Source: a virus | Length of the DNA stretch: 64,000 nucleotides | Reading direction: 5' to 3' (one strand) | IMG/VR virus record: IMGVR_UViG_3300042402_001861 | Coordinates: 1 to 64,000 of that record | Shown: piece by piece, positions 36,184 through 47,400 of the stretch | How the letters are laid out: every line of letters begins with the position of its first letter | Position numbering within the stretch: position 1 is the stretch's first letter | Translations under genes and position numbers: made by a program | Notes under the pieces: generated by a model | Databases searched by the model: none | Told to the model about the DNA's origin: nothing | Seen by the model: only the letters and a program-made list of their open reading frames with translations

Positions 36184-36580
36184 CTGGCGCAAAGACCCGA
36201 TTCTTTCCTTTTCGGATATCGATATGGATTTGACCAAGGATCCATTGACCGAAGATGTCACTTCAATAACTGGAGAAGAAGTGGTCAAGCAGTCCCTGAA
36301 GAACTTGCTTCAATTCAAAAGATATGAGAAGCCGTTTCATCCAGAGATAGAGTCGGGCATTACCGATTTGCTGTTTGAGCCTGTTTCTCCGATCATAATG
36401 ATACAGATGAAGAGAAAGATCACGGAACTGATTCAGACATACGAACGGCGGGTTCGTGCAGTACAGGTGGACATTTTCGATCTGATGGATGAAAATTCAT
36501 ATAGGATCGATGTTCAATTTCAGGTTCAGAACAAGGTTGATGTGTTTCGTGCCACGGTTATCGTGGAGAGGATCAGATGA
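36173..36580 (+). CDS. gp25: Baseplate wedge subunit
   Basis: FSDID, VKQSLKNL......EKPFHPE, YERRV; ATG at 36173. Confidence 0.9.
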   Translation: MATNWRKDPILSFSDIDMDLTKDPLTEDVTSITGEEVVKQSLKNLLQFKRYEKPFHPEIESGITDLLFEPVSPIIMIQMKRKITELIQTYERRVRAVQVDIFDLMDENSYRIDVQFQVQNKVDVFRATVIVERIR

Positions 36581-38478
36581 CAACTCCCAACTTGCCAGTA
36601 GACAATCTCGACTTTGACTCAATCAAGACAAGCCTGAAGGATTTCCTCAAGGGTCAGGACAAGTTCAAGGACTATGACTTTGAGGGTTCGGGGATGAACA
36701 TTCTCCTTGATCTTCTTGCATACAACACACACTATCAGGCGTTCTATGCAAACATGGTGGCAAACGAGACTTTCATCGACTCAGCAGTCAAGCGTCAGTC
36801 GGTGGTTTCTCTTGCCAAGCAACTTGGCTATACTCCACGGTCATATAGGGCATCTACTGCAAACATCGACATCGTTTGGACGAACCCAAGTGCAAGTTTC
36901 CGTGCTAGCGTAGCCCGAGGCGAGGTTTTCATAAATCGCGGTGACATCTTCACCGCAACCACGGGAGGCTCGGTCTTCACTTTCATTCCCGTACAGAATT
37001 ACAAGGTTGTGAATGAAGGCAACAATTGCGTGGTCAGAAACATGGAGATCAAGGAAGGTCGTTTGCAGACATTCACATATGTCGTGAATGAGGCAGACAC
37101 GGCACAGAAGTTCATAATTCTCGACACACGGGTTGATACCTCCTCCCTGCGTGTGCGTGTGACTCGTTCGCCCAAGGACACTACGGGCATTCTAGACATC
37201 TGGACATTGGTGACCGACATCAATGCAATCGATGGAAGCACGAATGCCTACTACTTGCAGGAAACAGACAAGCAGCGTTATGAAGTGCAGTTTGGTGACG
37301 GCATCGTCGGAAGAAAGCCTGCCGATGGAAATGCCATACTCCTTGAGTATTTGGTCACACGGGGACAAGAGGCCAACGGTATACAGTCTTTCAAGTACAA
37401 CGGCGCAGTAACCACCGCTGGCGTAACACCCACAGTCAGCGTGGTCACAAACGAAGAGGGAATACCGCAATCTTCCTATGGAGGCAGCGAGTTCGAGGAC
37501 ATCGAATCCATTCGCTACTATGCTCCGAGAAACTACCAAGCACAGGAAAGAACTGTCACCGCCGAGGACTACAAAACCATCCTGACGAGAGACTACACAA
37601 GCGCCGACTCCATACAGGTTTGGGGTGGAGAAGAAAGCGATCCCCCGCAGTATGGAAAAGTCTTGATTTCCATCAAACCGCAAGGTGCGACCCGTTTGTC
37701 CACCCTTGAGAAACTGTCGATTCAGAACACGATTTTGCAACGCAAGAATGTTCTTGGCATCACGCCCGAAGTCGTAGACCCCGATTATGTCTACATTGTC
37801 CTTGACCTTGCGGTTCGATACAACAGCAGCCTCACGACCTTGAGTGCAAAGGACATTGAACGCCTTGTCAACGAAAGCATAACTTCGTATGCATCGGAGA
37901 AGTTGGGGAAGTTCGGACTAAACTTCCGATTTTCAAAGTTCCTCGCATTCATTGATGGCATCAATCAGAGTATCACAAGCACAGATGCAAATTTGCGAAT
38001 TCAGAAGAGATTCGAACCGGTCATCGGAAACCCCGGCGTTTACACGATCAAGTTCAACTTTGACAATCAACTGTATCACCCAATTGACGGCTATCCTTCA
38101 ATCTTGAGCAGCACGGGATTTGGATATGTTGATCCACAGACAGGACTTGAGGTAGATGCATACATGGATGATGACGGATATGGCAACATCCGCATCTACA
38201 AGCAAGTCGGAGAGGAAAAAATCTACCTTATTAATGAGGCAGGAACCCTTGATTATTCCAACGGAACGATCAGCCTGACGAACTTCAATCCAACCTACAT
38301 CCTCCCCAAGACAAGCACAGAAATCGCCCTGACTGCGGTTCCTGTTTCCACGGATGTGTTCACACGAAGGAATCAGATCATTCTGTTCGATACAGAAAAT
38401 TCGAACATAACCGTTGTTCCTGACTCATTCCGAACCGAGAGAAACCAGACTGCAAGTTCCTTCCCATCAAATAGATAA
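36577..38478 (+). CDS. gp6: Baseplate wedge subunit
   Basis: LDFD.IK.SLK.FL, DYDFEGS.M..LLDLLAYNTHY, FGDGI.G, Q.RTVT..DY, WGGEE..PPQYGKV. Confidence 0.93.
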   Translation: MTTPNLPVDNLDFDSIKTSLKDFLKGQDKFKDYDFEGSGMNILLDLLAYNTHYQAFYANMVANETFIDSAVKRQSVVSLAKQLGYTPRSYRASTANIDIVWTNPSASFRASVARGEVFINRGDIFTATTGGSVFTFIPVQNYKVVNEGNNCVVRNMEIKEGRLQTFTYVVNEADTAQKFIILDTRVDTSSLRVRVTRSPKDTTGILDIWTLVTDINAIDGSTNAYYLQETDKQRYEVQFGDGIVGRKPADGNAILLEYLVTRGQEANGIQSFKYNGAVTTAGVTPTVSVVTNEEGIPQSSYGGSEFEDIESIRYYAPRNYQAQERTVTAEDYKTILTRDYTSADSIQVWGGEESDPPQYGKVLISIKPQGATRLSTLEKLSIQNTILQRKNVLGITPEVVDPDYVYIVLDLAVRYNSSLTTLSAKDIERLVNESITSYASEKLGKFGLNFRFSKFLAFIDGINQSITSTDANLRIQKRFEPVIGNPGVYTIKFNFDNQLYHPIDGYPSILSSTGFGYVDPQTGLEVDAYMDDDGYGNIRIYKQVGEEKIYLINEAGTLDYSNGTISLTNFNPTYILPKTSTEIALTAVPVSTDVFTRRNQIILFDTENSNITVVPDSFRTERNQTASSFPSNR

Positions 38479-38484
38479 TATGCC

Positions 38485-41400
38485 ATGACCACGGGTAGCG
38501 ACAAGAGCCAGTCAGCAATCATCCAGCATAGATTGCCGGAGTTCGTTCAGACGAATCATCCGACTCTTGTTGCTTTTGTGCAGGCATACTATGAATGGCT
38601 GGAATCGCAGAAGGAATCGGGATACATGCGGACTCCTTCGGCGTTGGAGGGGGTTTCAGACATTGATGCCACTCTGGATGAATTCGTAACCGACTTCAAG
38701 AAGGAATTCCTACTTGGCTTTCCCGAGGAATTTGCGGTCAATGGCGAGAGCGATACAGTCGATGTGCGGAAGTTGATAAAGAACATCAAGGAATTCTACA
38801 GAAACAAGGGAACCGAGAAGACATACGAGTTCCTGTTTCGGGTGCTTTATGACACCGCCGTGGAATTTTACTATCCTGCAAGAGACATTCTTCGTCTGTC
38901 AGATGGAAAGTGGATTCAGAAATACTCAGTTCGCTGCTCAAACGACCTTGGAAACAAGATTTTCGAGGCAAGAGGAAAGACCATCACGCAGCGAAACAAG
39001 TCCACCAACAGCATCGTGGCCAGCGGAAGAGTGATCGATGTTGTCACATATCAAATCGGCAACCGTGAAATATCGGAACTGTTCCTCACCAACATCAACG
39101 GAGCATTCGTTTCCAATACCAAGGCAGGAAATGAGATTTATGGGGGAATAGAATTCACAGACAATGATTCCGTGCAAAGAACGGAACCAAGAATCTATCC
39201 CGTCCTGAAGTCCATACAAGTGACCGCAGCAGGAACCGGCTATCGAAAGGGAGAAAGAATACTCTTTTCTGCATCCGGAGACAGCGGAGTCGGTGCATCT
39301 GCCACAATCACGGAAGTCGATTCGATGGGTGGCATCGTTCGCACAAGAATCGATAACTTTGGAATAGGCTATGAGAATGTCCCGTCATACTCCATAGAAA
39401 CGGCGTTTGGTGAGAATGCATCATTGACTATATCCGTTGGCTCAACTTGCACCTACCCCGGCTACTACTCGGGAAGCGATGGAAAGTTGAGTTCAAGCAA
39501 GGTGATGCAGGACAACCATTACTATCAGAACTTTTCCTATGTCCTCCTCTCGGAAGTGGTAATCGACCGTTACAAGGAAATCCTACGACGAATCATCCAT
39601 CCGGTGGGCATGGGAATGTTCGGAAAGGTGCTGCTCACCCGATGCTCGGCACAGTCACCACAGACAGATGCATTGGGAAGCAAGACTGAGGTTCCCGTCA
39701 TCGGTAATTATGCCCCGTACACGATATACACAAACACGGACCTGAGCGAACTGTTTTACGATGATCGTCCCATGCCGTACTATCCTTCTCTGCATGAATC
39801 CGTAATACTTGCGGCCACAGGAAACCCTGCTGGCATCACCAACCACCATGCCGTGGATTTCAACCCAAAGAACATTCCCGGCCTGAAGGTCTGGCTCAAC
39901 GGCAAGCAACTGACCGCTGCCGGTGCCACGGTTTCTGCATGGGCAGACTTCAGCGGCAACGGATATACCGCAACGGCCTTGGCAACCAACATGTTGCCTT
40001 CGATCTCTCCAATGGGTGGATTGTATCTAACAGGCTCATCCGGCACATTCGGCTCCGTAATTACCACCCCCGCATTGGGAACCATGAACGACCGAACAAT
40101 GTTCGTCGCATTCACCCCATTCCCCGTGTCGGATTCCGTGACCCGCCAAAGAAACTCAATGGTGGCAGGTCTACAAAGATCGGCACATGTGGGCAATACA
40201 GGTTCAGCAACGGGACAATGCTATCAGAATCATACTATTTGCATAGATTATCGGCGCAACAACATAGACGGCATTGGAGACACACAGCCAAGGATCGCCT
40301 CATACTATGGATTTGGTAATTTTGCAAGCAGCAGTTCGCAGTATGGAACCGATGGAGATGAATCTGGTGATTATATCCTGATGGAGAATGATACTGTAGC
40401 AGATCGAAAAATCCTTGCATTGAATTATGGATCGGTGATCTACAAGGAACTTCTTGACCTAGAGTCCGTTACCGCTTCCAATCAAAATACGACAATCGCT
40501 TGTTCAGTACTGGCAGACGGATATCCGACCAAGAGCATTCAGGTTTATAGCAGCAATGATGAAGTCATAAGCACAGAAAAGAAAAGCAACAATGACTTGT
40601 CACCTAGCGCCAGTTACTATCGCTATCATCTGATGGCTGAATATGTTGTTCCTGTAGAAGGTGAAGGATCATATGCATTTTCCATGGAGCAAGCGACCGA
40701 TTATTCATCGGCAGTTGCAGCATGGCGTTCCGTGATGACGAAAAATGATGGTCTTGTCGTTCCGACTTCCGAAACGCTTGATGAGGTAAACAACATCATA
40801 GCGGAATGGACTTGGGCGACAATGACGGATCAATTTCTTGGTTCTGACAACTACACATTGCACAAGACAACAGCAAAAGACCTAAAGCCAGGTGATGTTG
40901 TCAGAATTTGGATGAGTCCTTCCTACAATTCCGGACTTAAGCCACTAAACTCTTCCTTGGATATAACCAAGTCGATGAAGTTTAAGAATTTCACGGTTTC
41001 CCGTGTTTTCGGTCAAGGAGAGAACATTCTCACCGTCGATGGGCAGAAGATCGGTTCTGCTCTTGGCAATCTTGACGGCATTACGGCAGGACAAAGACTT
41101 GTCCTTGGCTTGGGTCAGAACTACTTCAACGGCGTTGTCCATGAAGTGCTTGTCTATGACCGTGCCTTGGCTCCCCGCGAGCGAGAGACAGTAGAAGCAT
41201 ACCTCCACTACAGGTGGAAGGACAAGATAATTACCGCAACGGGACATTCCTGGAATCTCTCGGTATCAGGACTCACCAACGGATACGGAATCTATCCTGC
41301 ATTGGCAACGAACGGCGGAATCACCGCAAACTCAACCACGGGAAGTTCCAACATTGGTTATCCGTTCTTTGAAATCAACATGCACCCCAACATTTCCCTT

Positions 41401-42045
41401 GCCGAGCAAGACACCTATGCGGTGAGAATCCTCTCGTCGCAGGCGAGTGATTTCCTTGGAGGGGGCACAGGATCAACCGGCTACTGGCCGGAATGGGCAG
41501 AGGGTTCGACGGCAAACCGACAGAATTGGGCAATAGGTCTGTCTGCACAGGGCAGTCGCCATGCGATTCTGCAATACAACACATCCTCGGAGTTCAGGAA
41601 GATCAGCGCAGACGCATTCTTTGACATGAAGGCGGGGCGACAGTTCGACTGCAAGGACGAATATGTCATCGAACCGGAGTATCCCAAGGTTCTTCTTGAC
41701 TACAGCGATGAATTTTCAAATTCTTCGTTTGAAGACCCGATCTATTCGAACGGCAACATCATCTTCCACTTCAACACCGAGAATGCCGAAAATCTTGAGT
41801 ATTGGACTACGGACATGCTTGAGATAGTGGTCAATGATGGCCGAGGAGAATACCTCTATCGTCCCGACAATCTTACAACCAAGACGATTTCTGGGTTCGT
41901 ATCTGATGGATTTGATGCCAAGCAGTACACGGTCACGGTCAGGCTTCTTGATTTCTATGGCAAGGCGATTCCGGGTTCGGAAAATTCCGTGTCGTTCTGG
42001 TTCAAGTACCTGAATACGGCTGGTGCCTACGACACCTTGCCATAA
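38485..42045 (+). CDS. gp7: Baseplate wedge initiator with an inserted LamG-like region
   Basis: LPEFV...HP.LV.F..AYYEW, FY..KGTE....FLFR.LY, QD..YYQ.FSYV, HPVG; synteny gp6-gp7-gp8. Confidence 0.8.
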   Translation: MTTGSDKSQSAIIQHRLPEFVQTNHPTLVAFVQAYYEWLESQKESGYMRTPSALEGVSDIDATLDEFVTDFKKEFLLGFPEEFAVNGESDTVDVRKLIKNIKEFYRNKGTEKTYEFLFRVLYDTAVEFYYPARDILRLSDGKWIQKYSVRCSNDLGNKIFEARGKTITQRNKSTNSIVASGRVIDVVTYQIGNREISELFLTNINGAFVSNTKAGNEIYGGIEFTDNDSVQRTEPRIYPVLKSIQVTAAGTGYRKGERILFSASGDSGVGASATITEVDSMGGIVRTRIDNFGIGYENVPSYSIETAFGENASLTISVGSTCTYPGYYSGSDGKLSSSKVMQDNHYYQNFSYVLLSEVVIDRYKEILRRIIHPVGMGMFGKVLLTRCSAQSPQTDALGSKTEVPVIGNYAPYTIYTNTDLSELFYDDRPMPYYPSLHESVILAATGNPAGITNHHAVDFNPKNIPGLKVWLNGKQLTAAGATVSAWADFSGNGYTATALATNMLPSISPMGGLYLTGSSGTFGSVITTPALGTMNDRTMFVAFTPFPVSDSVTRQRNSMVAGLQRSAHVGNTGSATGQCYQNHTICIDYRRNNIDGIGDTQPRIASYYGFGNFASSSSQYGTDGDESGDYILMENDTVADRKILALNYGSVIYKELLDLESVTASNQNTTIACSVLADGYPTKSIQVYSSNDEVISTEKKSNNDLSPSASYYRYHLMAEYVVPVEGEGSYAFSMEQATDYSSAVAAWRSVMTKNDGLVVPTSETLDEVNNIIAEWTWATMTDQFLGSDNYTLHKTTAKDLKPGDVVRIWMSPSYNSGLKPLNSSLDITKSMKFKNFTVSRVFGQGENILTVDGQKIGSALGNLDGITAGQRLVLGLGQNYFNGVVHEVLVYDRALAPRERETVEAYLHYRWKDKIITATGHSWNLSVSGLTNGYGIYPALATNGGITANSTTGSSNIGYPFFEINMHPNISLAEQDTYAVRILSSQASDFLGGGTGSTGYWPEWAEGSTANRQNWAIGLSAQGSRHAILQYNTSSEFRKISADAFFDMKAGRQFDCKDEYVIEPEYPKVLLDYSDEFSNSSFEDPIYSNGNIIFHFNTENAENLEYWTTDMLEIVVNDGRGEYLYRPDNLTTKTISGFVSDGFDAKQYTVTVRLLDFYGKAIPGSENSVSFWFKYLNTAGAYDTLP

Positions 42046-42052
42046 GAACCAA

Positions 42053-42058
42053 TAAATA
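42053..42058 (+). promoter_or_regulatory. Late promoter core TAAATA upstream of gp8
   Basis: AATAAATAAG, GAGG SD, ATG at 42081. Confidence 0.6.
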
Positions 42059-42080
42059 AGGCAGCGAGGAAACACCTAGA

Positions 42081-44432
42081 ATGGCCAATGTCTGCGACAA
42101 GTTTCGCCAGAATTTCAAGCAAACCTTCATAGAACAGGTTGCACATATGTTCAGCAACTTGTCGATGGACAAGTGGTTTCTTTCAATCGGCAAGCCTCTG
42201 CCGTGGGTTTCCGAATCCGGCACGGAAGATGGCTTCCCCCCTGCTGCATCCGATACAGAAGCAACCGAAGTTGATTTCTGGAGCAACATCATAGCACACA
42301 AGAGAATCACGGAAGAGGATGTTTCCATCGTGGTTCCTCGCTATGACTGGACCTTGGGAACCGTCTATGATCCCTTCAGAAACGATGTTGATCTGTTCAA
42401 TGTGGATGATCCTTCGATTTTCTATGTGCTGGTGGACGAGGAACGAGTCTACAAGTGCATCGACAACAACTACGGTGCGCCATCCACGATTGCGCCCACG
42501 CACACAGACACGGACATCAAGAAGTTGTCTGACGGATATCGATGGAAGTATATGTATTCCATCCCTGAAACCAAGAGAAAGTTCTTGACCAAGGGAGGAC
42601 TGCGGCAGGATGGCGTGATTCGACCGGGATACATGCCTGTGGAAAAGTTGGAAATGCTCGGCATGGAAGACGAGAGATACTTGCAGTTTGCCGTGCAGAA
42701 CGCTGCTGTCGATGGGGAAGTCGTGTTCATCTACTTCCTTCCTGAGTATCGCGACTATGTGATTTCGGATGGTTGCGTTTTCTCCTCTACTTCAAATCTA
42801 GTCACATCGGATGTCTTTGTAGGTGGCACGACCGCCCACATCTATTCGGGCGATCTTGTTCCCGTTTCAAACTTCTACAACGACATGGTTATCTCCATCG
42901 ATGGAGGCAACGGGCAGGGACAGAGGAGAGTAATATCTTCTTACACACCAAGCGGTGCTAACTCGGCGTTGATCAGCGTAACAAATCCATTCACGGTGAG
43001 TCTTTCTGGCTCGGTTTCTCAGTTTTCAATAGTCCCAAACATCTATCTTGAGGGAAGCCATGAATCCGGCTCAAGAGACAATACCCTCAATCCCTTGATG
43101 CAGTATGCGGATGTTTCCGTAAGATTCTCCACCACCACAACAGGACAATCAAGATATGTCGATTCGTTTGAAATGGTGGACACCGGACAGAAGTACAACA
43201 CGGCTACTTTCAAGGTAGTCAAGGGTCTTACATTCGCTTCAAACACTCCATCGGCTCTTGTTACTTCTTTCGAGAATATCGCTGAACCAATCATCTCGCC
43301 CCAAGGAGGACACGGTTCTAATCCTGTGGCTGAACTTGGCGGAAGAGCCTTGATGATAAACAAGAAGTACAGCGGCAGCGAAGGCGGAAAACTCACGACG
43401 CAGAACGAATTCCGTCAATTTGGAATCATCAAGAATCCCCTCCTATCGAATCCATACTATCGCATAAGCACCGTGCAGCAGGGAACTCCTGGTGCGTTCG
43501 TGGTCGGCGCAACGGCATATCAGGCCGCAACAGGTGGATACGAAGAGGCATCGGGCAAGGTAGTTTCGTGGTATGTCGGACTCACCGGATACACGGGAAC
43601 ATCCGAACTTGTGGTGACTAATGTTTCGGGAATGTTTGAGGCTGGTGCCTTTATCGGTTCTTCTACTGGTTCGGCTTCGATTTCCGTGTTTGATGTGATG
43701 GAAAGAACGATTGCCGGTACAGAAGGCAGGGATTTACTTGTACTTACCCTTGCACCTTCAACCGACACCCGTTTCTCTTCTATCGTTGATGAGTTCCCAA
43801 GAGGACTCAATGCTGTCGCCGTTGGCAACCAAGACGAGAATGTGATGTTCAGCGGTTCAAAGGGAATGATCTATCGTTGGCAGCCTTCCTCGGGAATGAA
43901 CAATAGCGGAAGGCTATTTCTGGAGCATTCACACGGCGATTTCATGGAAAACGAACTTGTAGGAGTCCGTGATCGTTACATGACCCTGTATTCGGGGCTG
44001 ACCGGCATCGGAAAGATCATCGAAAAGACGACTGTGGCGGAGGACTTTGCCGAAATCTACGACCAGACCCACAAGTTGGTCATGAACGCCGCCGCTGGCG
44101 ACACATTCTCAGATTCCTCCTTCGTGCTTGACAGCACGGTGGAAGGATTTGACGGGGCTACGGCTGTCTCCACCGGTTATGTCGTGAACTGGATACCTTC
44201 GGGAGCAACGGGAGAATTGTCCGTAATTTCCGTGGTCGGTGACTTCGTTGCCGGTGAAACCATCAAGTACACCAATGCGGAAGGAAACACGGCAAATGCC
44301 TTGGTAGATATCTTGGTTTCTGAAGTTGACCTTGTTTACAGGTCTGGCCAAGTCCAATACATACAGAATATGAGGCCCATTGTCCGTTCAGAAGAGCAGG
44401 AGGAAGAGATCAAACTCGTCATAGAGATTTGA
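42081..44432 (+). CDS. gp8: Baseplate wedge subunit, extended
   Basis: VVPRYDWT.GTVYD, VYKCIDNN...PS...PT, DGYRWKYMY, FRQFGIIKNP. Confidence 0.85.
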   Translation: MANVCDKFRQNFKQTFIEQVAHMFSNLSMDKWFLSIGKPLPWVSESGTEDGFPPAASDTEATEVDFWSNIIAHKRITEEDVSIVVPRYDWTLGTVYDPFRNDVDLFNVDDPSIFYVLVDEERVYKCIDNNYGAPSTIAPTHTDTDIKKLSDGYRWKYMYSIPETKRKFLTKGGLRQDGVIRPGYMPVEKLEMLGMEDERYLQFAVQNAAVDGEVVFIYFLPEYRDYVISDGCVFSSTSNLVTSDVFVGGTTAHIYSGDLVPVSNFYNDMVISIDGGNGQGQRRVISSYTPSGANSALISVTNPFTVSLSGSVSQFSIVPNIYLEGSHESGSRDNTLNPLMQYADVSVRFSTTTTGQSRYVDSFEMVDTGQKYNTATFKVVKGLTFASNTPSALVTSFENIAEPIISPQGGHGSNPVAELGGRALMINKKYSGSEGGKLTTQNEFRQFGIIKNPLLSNPYYRISTVQQGTPGAFVVGATAYQAATGGYEEASGKVVSWYVGLTGYTGTSELVVTNVSGMFEAGAFIGSSTGSASISVFDVMERTIAGTEGRDLLVLTLAPSTDTRFSSIVDEFPRGLNAVAVGNQDENVMFSGSKGMIYRWQPSSGMNNSGRLFLEHSHGDFMENELVGVRDRYMTLYSGLTGIGKIIEKTTVAEDFAEIYDQTHKLVMNAAAGDTFSDSSFVLDSTVEGFDGATAVSTGYVVNWIPSGATGELSVISVVGDFVAGETIKYTNAEGNTANALVDILVSEVDLVYRSGQVQYIQNMRPIVRSEEQEEEIKLVIEI

Positions 44433-44444
44433 TCGGAGGAAGCA

Positions 44445-47400
44445 ATGTCATACGATCCCGAACTATTTAACGCAGACCCATACTACGACGATTACAGCGA
44501 GTCGAAGAAGTTTCTTCGTGTCATGTTCAAGCCTGGGTATGCGCTTCAGGCAAGGGAAGTAACCCAACTACAGACAATCCTCCAAAATCAAATTGAACGG
44601 TTCGGCAACCACATTTTCGAGAACGGATCGGTCGTTCTTGACGGTCAAGTCACGGAAAACATCCTTAGATTCGGAAGAATCACGGGTCTAAGCGGCACCT
44701 CCACCGTTACCGACTTGGTTGGTGCCGTGGTGGGCAACACAGGCAGCGCACAGGCACGGATCGTCCATGCGGAATCTGGCTTGTCTTCGTCCACGGTGGA
44801 CGGCTACAATGTTGTATTCTTTGAGTATCTTGGCGGCGGGACCGGTTTTACCGCTGGAATGTTCGTTTCCGGCACGGCAGGAACCACTCCCGTGTCCTTC
44901 TCCCTGAGTGGCAATGCAACTGTCGGTGCAATAGGTGAAGCCACCGTGGTTTCTGTTGATTCGGGCGTTCGCTATGTCGATGGATACTTTGTTCTGCATG
45001 ATGCACAGATGATTGGTGCTTGCAGCACCACGGGTGCATCCGGTTCTCAGTATCGTGTCTACAGCAATCCGACCACACGCATAGGTTTTGTGTCCAACAA
45101 GTCGTTCGTCAATGCCAACGAAGACACTACACTCAACGATCCGGCCTTTGGTTACTACAACTATGCGGCACCGGGTGCCGACCGCTTCAAGATCGATCTT
45201 GAACTTGCACAGTACGCCTTCAATCCAACCGATGTAACCACGACTTCCAACTTTGCACGGGAAGACTTCATTGAATTCATCCGCATCGTGGATGGAGAGA
45301 CTGTCAAGAAGGAACTGTATCCTTCATATGCAGCCATAGAGGATACGCTTGCTCGTCGCACATACGACGAAAGCGGAAACTACACGGTAGACCCGTTTGA
45401 CCTCACCCTGACCTACCGTGGTGTCACGGGCGGAGCAACCGGAAATACCCTCACCGCAGAACTTGGTCCCGGCAAGGCTTACATCTTTGGCTACGAATTT
45501 GAAACTCAAGGCGTGACACCGATCACCCTTGCTCGCCCAAGAACCACGAAGAGTTACACCAATCAGACGATGATTGGCTCAATCGGGCCTTCCATCCTTG
45601 TTTCTCCCGGACTTACCACCGCTTCTTTGACGGGGTTCAATCTCACGAATCAGTCTCTGATGTATCTGTCGGACGGCGCATCGGGTGCGACCTTCAACAA
45701 CATCGGTACTGCCCGCATCCGAAGCCTCAAGTACGAATCGACCAATCTGTACCGAGCATATCTGTATGACATTTCCCTTACTGGTTCATACACGATGGCA
45801 AACGCAACCCGCTTGTTTGTTGCGGAAAACGCAAGACAGGGAGGAGCAACATCGCAGCCTGCTTTCAACATCCAATGGCAAGGAGCAACAGGAACTCTCT
45901 CCAATGTCGTGGATACGGGAATGCTGTTCCTTGTTCCCAAGGGCGACCGAGTTGAGGGAATCGATGGTGTTAACTATGCAACTTCAAACTTTGTTGCATT
46001 GAACCTGAATGGATCGGGGTTTGGCTCTTATACCACCCCTAGCGCAAACATCGACTTGCCCAGCGTTGGCAGTCAAATCGTAAATCCTACGGCTGAGTTC
46101 TTCGTTCTTTCTGTTTCGGGTGCTGCTGTCGGATTTACGGGACAGATCGAGAATGCAAACAAGTTCTCGCTCACGGCATCCTCCGCTGCCAACCAAAAGG
46201 TATATGTCTTCTTCACTACAGACATTGATTCTGCTTCCGTTCGCAGAAACAAGACACGGGTTACCGAGACTTTTGGGTTGACATCGGCTTCATTGCAGAC
46301 AGATCCAAAGACAGGAAAGAGATTCTTCTACTTCGTGGGCACGACCGGCCCATACAACGATGTGGTTTCGGTGATTTCCATCACGGGATCGTTGAGTGGA
46401 TCGTCGCAGCAGATTTCCAATCTTCTTACGCTCGACAATGGGCAGCGTGATGATTACTACGATTGGGCAAGATTGCTTGTTTCTGACAACACGACAGTCA
46501 GCAGCACGGCGGGACCAAACACTATCACCGGACCCTATCAGGTCACGGTCACTCGCTACACGCACAGCGGCGACCTTGGGCCATTCACGGTGGATTCCTA
46601 CAGCGGCGAATACAAGGATATTCCCTCGTACACAAGTCCGACAACCGGTAGAACATATCGCTTGTCGGATGTCCTTGACTTCCGCCCGACAAAGACAACC
46701 GATGGTTCGCTCACGGGACAGTACCTTGTTCCTTCCGAGACAGCCGCAAACGACAGGAAGATCGACTATACGCACTATCTGCCAAGAACTGACAAGATTG
46801 TCCTGAACCGCGACCGTTCCTTCAAGGTTCTCACGGGCATTCCCGCAATAGATCCCGTTGCTCCTGCCGATGATGCGGATGCAATGACGCTTTATTCCAT
46901 CACGATGAATGGCTACACCGTTGACAACACCGATGTGCAGATCAAGCGAGTGGAAAACAAGCGGTACACCATGCAGGACATCGCTGAACTTGAGAACCGC
47001 ATCGACAATGTTGAATATTACACCAACCTCAGCCTGATAGAGCAGCAAGCCAAGAGTTCTCCGTTCCTTGATTCTGATGGCATTGAGATGCCCAAGAAGG
47101 GAATTCTTGCCGATGGATTCCGTGGACACTCCATCGGTGATGTACTTGACCCGATGTATGCTGCATCGGTGGATTTTGAGAACGGTGAGATGCGTCCTGC
47201 CTTCAGAAACCGTGTTTTCCGCATGAACTCATCGTCCAATGCAGTCAATGTCACGGGTTCTGCCGATGGAATCTTCACACTCGACTACACCACGACACCG
47301 CTCATCAATCAGCCTTTGGCAACGACAAGCATCGTAGTCAACCCATCGGGCGTATTCAACTACCTAGGCTTCGTCCGTTCCACGCCTTCAAGCGACTTCT

